From: Octopus bimaculoides
Lineage: Eukaryota
DNA: 54,367 nt
NCBI RefSeq assembly: GCF_001194135.2
Contig: NC_068982.1
Coordinates: forward strand, 103,003,025-103,057,391
Reading direction: 5' to 3'
Below, piece after piece: positions 48,746-54,367 of this stretch (its first letter is position 1; every line of letters starts with the position of its first letter). Made by a program: the position numbers and the translations under genes. Under the pieces are notes generated by a model. That model ran no database searches. It was not told the origin of the DNA and saw only the letters and a list, made by a program, of their open reading frames with translations.

Positions 48746-49497
48746 ATATTTCATCTTTGAGTAACTAAAACCATTGCTCAGGTGACAAACTTGCTCCACA
48801 TCTGAGATGGTGAGCTAAGACTGCACTGACAAAGCTTTTGACTTAATAGATAAACCTCCATTCTCCAACATTCCATTCCCTAAATACAGGCTTATCAATG
48901 AGCTGTCTTTTTCCACTGTTTCTTCTAATACTACTTTTTCCTATGTAAGTTGTTATCTACATCCCAAACCAACTCAAAAGAAGCCAGCAAAGTAGCTTCT
49001 ACATGGATGTTCAGCCTGAAAACTATAGGATAGTCATGGCTGGAATGCTTTCTTTGACCATAACTTTGCTTGATCAAGGCTGACCTTGAGCTGAACAATA
49101 ATCACCAACTCAATATTTGTGCCTTGTCTTTCTTACAGTCTCTCATCTTTCAAAAACTATGTACCATACTTTTCTTCACAGAACTGATCCTTTTGGTACC
49201 CAGTCCTCACCTGTGTATTCATGTAACAACTACTAACTTGAAATTAGTTTGAATTACATTACTCATCTGAGTTACCCAGTGTAAAGATTTTTCTTCTGTT
49301 TAGTCTAAAACATGGGAAAGAATTTTCATTTAAGTTTTCCTATTAATTTGAAAATTTTTATTATTAATCATATTAGAAATCCTGTCATCATCATCATCAT
49401 CATCATGAGATATAAGGCTAATTATTCCATACCAGATCTCTGCAAAATAGCCTCTCTATTTTTATTTCATTAATACCAAAGAAAAGCTGCTACTTTC

Positions 49498-49577
49498 ATT
49501 AACCCTACAAATATATTATTAACCCTACAAATATATTATTAACCCTACAAATATATTATTAACCCTACAAATATATT
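49498..49577 (+). repeat. 20-bp minisatellite x4
   Basis: (attaaccctacaaatatatt)4, perfect. Confidence 0.95.
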
Positions 49578-49842
49578 AACGTAACAGATTTGTAGGAGGT
49601 CATCATTGAAAGCCTTTATAAAGTAAATATTATGCCTTTGTTGGTATTAATTAGATTTTAGTGTTGCAAGCTCTTGGATTGAACCACTGAAGTAAGAATA
49701 GCCCAAGAGCAAGTTGTCTTAATGTGGACTACATTAACCACAATAAATGTTCTGCTGGCAGAATTGTCAGAGATAGCAGTTTACAAAGTCTTCACAGCAG
49801 CTGCAGAATTTTGTGGAAATTCAATTACTTCTGTTGTTGTTG

Positions 49843-49886
<44 letters not shown>

Positions 49887-49888
<2 letters not shown>

Positions 49889-49983
49889 ATCAGATTGGAG
49901 CCTGATGTAGCCATCTGGTTCACCAGTCCTCAGTCAAATCGTCCAACCCATGCTAGCATGGAAAGCGGACGTTAAACGATGAT
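49887..49983 (+). mobile_element. 97-bp terminal RTE tail inside (TTA)n
   Basis: Two mismatches vs 50928-51025. Confidence 0.9.
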
Positions 49984-49994
49984 TATTATTATTA

Positions 49995-50700
49995 TTATAC
50001 CAAAGGTGGCAAGCTGGTAGAATTGAGAGTGAGTTGAACAAAATGCTTTGCAGTATTTCTTCCAACTCTTTATTATCTGAGTTCAAATTCTGCTGAGGTC
50101 AGTTTTTGCCTTTCATCCTTTCAGGTTCATAAAATAAATACATCTTGAACACTGGGGTCAATATAATCATTTTAGCCCACTCCTTTAAAACTGTTGGTTT
50201 TGTGTCAAAATTTGAAACCATTATTACTATTACTACTATTATTGTTATTATTATAAGTAATATCAATATTATTATAGAAGGTGGCAAGCTGGGAGAATCA
50301 TTAGCACTCTGGACAAAATGCATAGCAGTATTATGCCCATCTCTGCATTCTGAGTTCAAATTCCACCGAAGTTGACTTTGCCTTTCATCCTTTTGGGGTC
50401 AATAAATTAAGTACACTCCCCACAAATTTCAGGCCTTGTGCCTTTAGTTGAAAGGATTATTGTTGTTGTTATTGATGAGAGTGTGTTGGATTGGCAGAAT
50501 TGTTAGGGCATCAAATAAAAATGATGAGCAACAATTGTTGCGACTCGTATTCTGGGTTAAATTCCCCAGAGGTCATTTTTGCCTGTCATCCCTCTGGGGT
50601 TGATAAGATAAAGTACCAGTCAAGTACTGGGATCAATGTAATCAACTTCTCCCTCCACTCAAAATTGCTGGCCTTGTGCCAAAATTAGAAAGAATTATAA
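49995..50700 (+). mobile_element. Stack of three (TTA)-family SINEs separated by TTA/TTG repeats
   Basis: Copies at ~50002-50160, 50278-50460 and 50490-50700. Confidence 0.8.
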
Positions 50701-51035
50701 TAGTGTGCCCAGCGTCGCCTTCCTGGCACGTGTAAGACATTCGAGCGAGATCGTTGCCAGTGGCGCTGGACTGGCTCCTGTGCAGGTGGCACGTAAAATA
50801 CATCATTTTGAGCGTGGCCGTTGCCAGTACCGCCTGACTGGCTTTCGTGCCGGTGGCACGTTAAAGCACCCTCTACACTCTCGGAGTGGTTGGCGTTAGG
50901 AAGAGCATCCAGTTGTAGAAACTCTGCCAAATCAGATTGGAGCCTGGTGCAGCCATCTGGTTCACCAGTCCTCAGTCAAATCGTCCAACCCATGCTAGCA
51001 TGGAAAGCGGACGTTAAACGATGATGATGATGATA
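50700..51035 (+). mobile_element. Young RTE 3' UTR copy, CpG-intact, (GAT)n tail
   Basis: Closely matches the reverse complement of 54060-54367. Confidence 0.88.
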
Positions 51036-51914
51036 ATGATGTTATTGTTTCACGACCACTTTAAGGGCTTTCCAAAAAACTTGTTACATCAGCTTAAATC
51101 ACTTATAACCTACATTCTAAATTTCAAACTGCTAACTTTTGACAAGAGGAATTAATGTCAGTGGAATCCACCCCTGGAAATTATTGGAGGAAATAATGCA
51201 GGTGTTTCTACATAGCCAGTCAACTTGCTAGAAATAACAGCTAAATTTCTTAAACCACTCCTACTTGATTGGTTTGAGAGAGATTTTGGACAGTTAATAT
51301 GGTGCCATGCTATAACTGAAAAAAATGACAAGATGGTCATCGTTGGAATGTTTTTAATTGTATATCTTGACCAGAGCTAACTTGAGTTAAACAACGATAC
51401 CTATAAGAGGAAAAGAAAGGCAAGCCAATGAAGGAACTACTTATGTGATCACTCTATCTGCTAAACAATAGCAGTCAAATCTCTCTAAAATTTGCACACT
51501 ATCATCTTTAATAAAGCTTGTATATAGGACACTATAGTCCCTAATATGCAAAAAAGATATTGTCACAGAACACCTTTGATTAGAACTGATCTAAGGCTAA
51601 GGCCACAGTAACAGTTAACAGTAACTAGGCAGCATTTGAACTCATGGCATGCAGGAATGAACCTAACTACTATATGACATATAGTCTTGTGCTTAAGTAT
51701 TCCTGCCAACTTGCTGCACTTGTATATTCTTATATCAAATACAAGAAAATAAAAAGTTTGTCAACTGTACTAGATTTTACATTTGATTGAAAAGTAGTGA
51801 CCTAACAAGGGGAAAAAATCCTACGCTAAGCTGATCGTTTGTCTTAGCTGTTCAGTTATTCTGATACTCTGCTGTAGATATTGCTGTTTAATCATTTATT
51901 ATTCCTAGTTAGTG

Positions 51915-52290
51915 GAAGCGCAATGGCCCAGTGGTTAGGGCAGCGAACTCGCGGTCATAGGATCGCGGTTTCGATTCCCAGACCAGGCGTTGTGAGTGTT
52001 TATTGACCGAAAACACCTAAAGCTCCACGAGGCTCCAGCAGGAGATGGTGGCGAACCCTACTGTACTCTTTCACCACAACTTTCTCTCACTCTTACTTCC
52101 TGTTTCTGTTGTGCTTGTAATTCAAAGGGCCAGCCTTGTCACACTGTGTCACGCTGAATATCCCTGAGAACTACGTTAAGGGTACACGTGTCTGTGGAGT
52201 GCTCAGCCACTTGCACGTTAATTTCATGAGCAGGCTGTTCTGTTGATCAGATCAACTGGAACCCTCGTCGTCATAAGCGACGGAGTGCCA
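51915..52290 (+). mobile_element. tRNA-head SINE (OR-type), young
   Basis: Closely similar to 11335-11710. Confidence 0.88.
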
Positions 52291-52319
52291 ACAAACAAAT
52301 TCCAACTTACAAGTATTAT

Positions 52320-52455
52320 ATATGAACCATCTTAGGAAGGAAAGGACATATTGGATAATGTAGCCCTGGTTAAATAAGACGGGATGATTATAGCTGGAAT
52401 ACTTTTGATCAGAGTTCTGCATGATCAAGGCTGACCTAGGGCTGAACAACAACTG
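52320..52455 (+). repeat. 3' portion of another dispersed SINE-like repeat ending in (AAC)n
   Basis: Homologous to 49025-49105 and ~51440-51600. Confidence 0.55.
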
Positions 52456-52681
52456 CAAAAGCTGTACTTTTTTGTTTCTGGACGGTACGTTGATAAGGCC
52501 AACAGAACTGATGATCTTGCCTGGCAGAAAATTACTGATACTGAAACAACATATGACGTTTTTCAAGTGGAGGTCAGAGAATTGAAAGAACTAACAGAAA
52601 TTCTTCTTGGAATACTTCCAAAATTTCCAAACATTCAAACATCACAACCTGCAGAAATCAACCTTAAAATAAATATACAAC

Positions 52682-52734
<53 letters not shown>

Positions 52735-52849
52735 GTGGATAACAGTGCCTGATCACATGACCAATGAGAACCAACCTAACTTAACATTTCTCACTGTCTT
52801 TCACAATATTATGAAGGATTACAGCCACATATTTTGCATGTCATCATCA

Positions 52850-53170
52850 TCACCATCATTTATGCTGTCAAACCATCCAACCATGCTAGCATAAAATTCA
52901 AAGAGTCAAAGGACTTTGTCAAGTTCCAGTATTTGCTTTGGCATGGTTTCTGTGGCTAAATGCCTTTCCAATATCAACCACTTTATACAGAGTACTTATT
53001 TTTTTCATGACACCAGCACTAATAAGGTTGTCAAGTAACATGCAAGATAAACAAAAAGACCCCTCTCAACTGAGTGGGATTGTAATAGAGAGGGACATGG
53101 CTTTATGGCAGTTGTTGAGAGGCTAGAATATGATAGAGATGGACATATAGAGAAGATACATGGCTACCCA
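52850..53170 (-). mobile_element. RTE 3'-UTR-derived segment with (CAT)n tail
   Basis: Homologous to 9580-9912. Confidence 0.6.
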
Positions 53171-53520
53171 TTTTATAAAGGTAACTGGAAAGAAGATAAG
53201 AGATGTTGATGATGAGGTGTCAGAGCATACTCTCAAAGCATAATAAGATGAGTACAAGAGACAATATAAACAGGGATCAGGGTGGATAGGTAAGTTCATT
53301 AGATAAACAGGGTGGATAGGTAAGTTAATTAGAGTGTGATAGGAGAGTAACAGAGGGTTAGAGATGGGGTAGAAGTGAATGCAATGAATGATGAACAAGA
53401 GTGGTGTGGTCTGGGGAAAATATCTGTGGGGGAGTAGTAAAACAAATAGGGGTGGTTCAGGAAGGAGGGGGTGACAAGTAGCAGCACAGGAAGTGTAGAG
53501 AACAACTGTATAAAAAGAAA
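53170..53520 (-). mobile_element. Penelope-like RT C-terminal fragment, interrupted by a SINE
   Basis: LPIHPDPCLYCLLYSSYYALRVCSD resembles PLE SSHP.H.K.SIPYSQ..RL.R.CSD. Contains a ~30-bp tandem duplication (53278-53335); GA skew resumes at 53920-54055. Confidence 0.45.
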
Positions 53521-53526
53521 ATAGTA

Positions 53527-53915
53527 GGCGCAGGAGTGGCTGTGTGGTAAGTAGCTTGCTTACCAACCACATGGTACCTGGTTCAGTCACACAGTGTGGC
53601 ACCTTGGGCAAGTGTCTTCTACTATAGCCTCGGGCCGACCAAAGCCTTGTGAGTGGATTTGGTAGACGGAAACTGAAAGAAGTCTGTTGTATATATGTAT
53701 ATATATGTTTGTGTGTCTGTGTTTGTCCCCCAACATCGCTTGACAACCGATGCTGGTGTGCTTACGTCCCTGTAACTTAGTGGTTCGGCAAAAGAGACCG
53801 ATAGAATAAGTACTAGGCTTACGAAGAATAAGTCCTGGGGTCGATTTGTTCGACTAAAGGCGGTGCTCCAGCATGCCCGCAGTCAAATGACTGAAACAAG
53901 TAAAAGAGTAAAAGA
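53527..53915 (+). mobile_element. Full-length OK-type tRNA-head SINE
   Basis: GGCGCAGGAGTGGCTGTGTGGTAAG head, GGTTCAGTC B-box region, (GTAAAAGA)n tail. Confidence 0.88.
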
Positions 53916-54059
53916 GATGAAAAAATAAGATGAATGGGATGAGAGAGTGAGGGAGAGACAGAAATGTACAGTAACGGAGATGGAGATCAGAGGTACATAT
54001 TGATGAACAAAGATGAGGATGGAGCAGATATGAGAGGGTAATTAGGAAACTGTAGGTAA

Positions 54060-54367
54060 TCATCATCATCATCATCGTCGTTTAACGTCCGCTTTCCATA
54101 CTAGCATGAGTTGGACAATTTGACTGAGGACTGGTGAAACCAGATGGCTATACCAGGCTCCAATCTGATTTGGCAGTTTCTACAGCTGGATGCCCTTCCT
54201 AACGCCAACCACTCAGAGAGTGTAGTGGATGCTTTTTACGTGCCACCGGCATGAAGGCCAGTCAGGCGGTACTGGCAACGGCCACGCTCAAAATGGTGTA
54301 TTTTATGTGCCACCCGCACAAGAGCCAGTCCAAGGGCACTGGCAACGATCTCGCTCGAAAGTCCTTA
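54060..54367 (-). mobile_element. RTE 3' UTR (runs off the window end)
   Basis: (CAT)n-cgtttaacgtccgctttcc...; matches 21990-22300. Confidence 0.88.

Noticed and set aside
49498-49577. CRISPR-like or other prokaryotic array
   Set aside because: Units are contiguous with no spacers, and the whole window is eukaryotic.
51915-51990. tRNA genes at the SINE heads (also 2278, 11335, 53527)
   Set aside because: A/B boxes are present but there is no complete cloverleaf or acceptor stem, and each continues into a repeat body.

Overview
AT-rich, repeat-dense eukaryotic scaffold with six N gaps, each flanked by (TA)n or (TG)n microsatellite. The repeat families (tRNA-head SINEs, RTE LINEs with (CAT)n tails, CR1, Penelope, Dong/R4, mariner, MITEs) match what I recall of Octopus genomes; the species call is an inference. 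There is no intact, recognisable protein-coding gene, and nearly all ORF-track entries are microsatellite, gap or transposon artefacts. Most of the window is decayed mobile DNA. A CpG-retaining, repeat-poor zone at ~28.2-35.4 kb holds a promoter-like motif cluster (~30.26-30.30 kb) and a ladder of small minus-strand exon-like segments with no assignable product. Best leads: (1) a minimal type-I hammerhead ribozyme (6909-6964) inside an inverted duplication carrying its own antisense half; (2) a phase-consistent spliced minus-strand ORF interrupted by one UAG (29383-29385), either a uORF or an A-to-I stop-to-Trp recoding site; (3) a 5'-retaining Dong/R4 element in a (TAA)n target, cut off at a (GAA)n tract; (4) Penelope-derived sequence fused to RTE 3' tails; (5) SINEs stacking in (TTA)n. 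All alignments and translations were done by eye and repeat boundaries are approximate.
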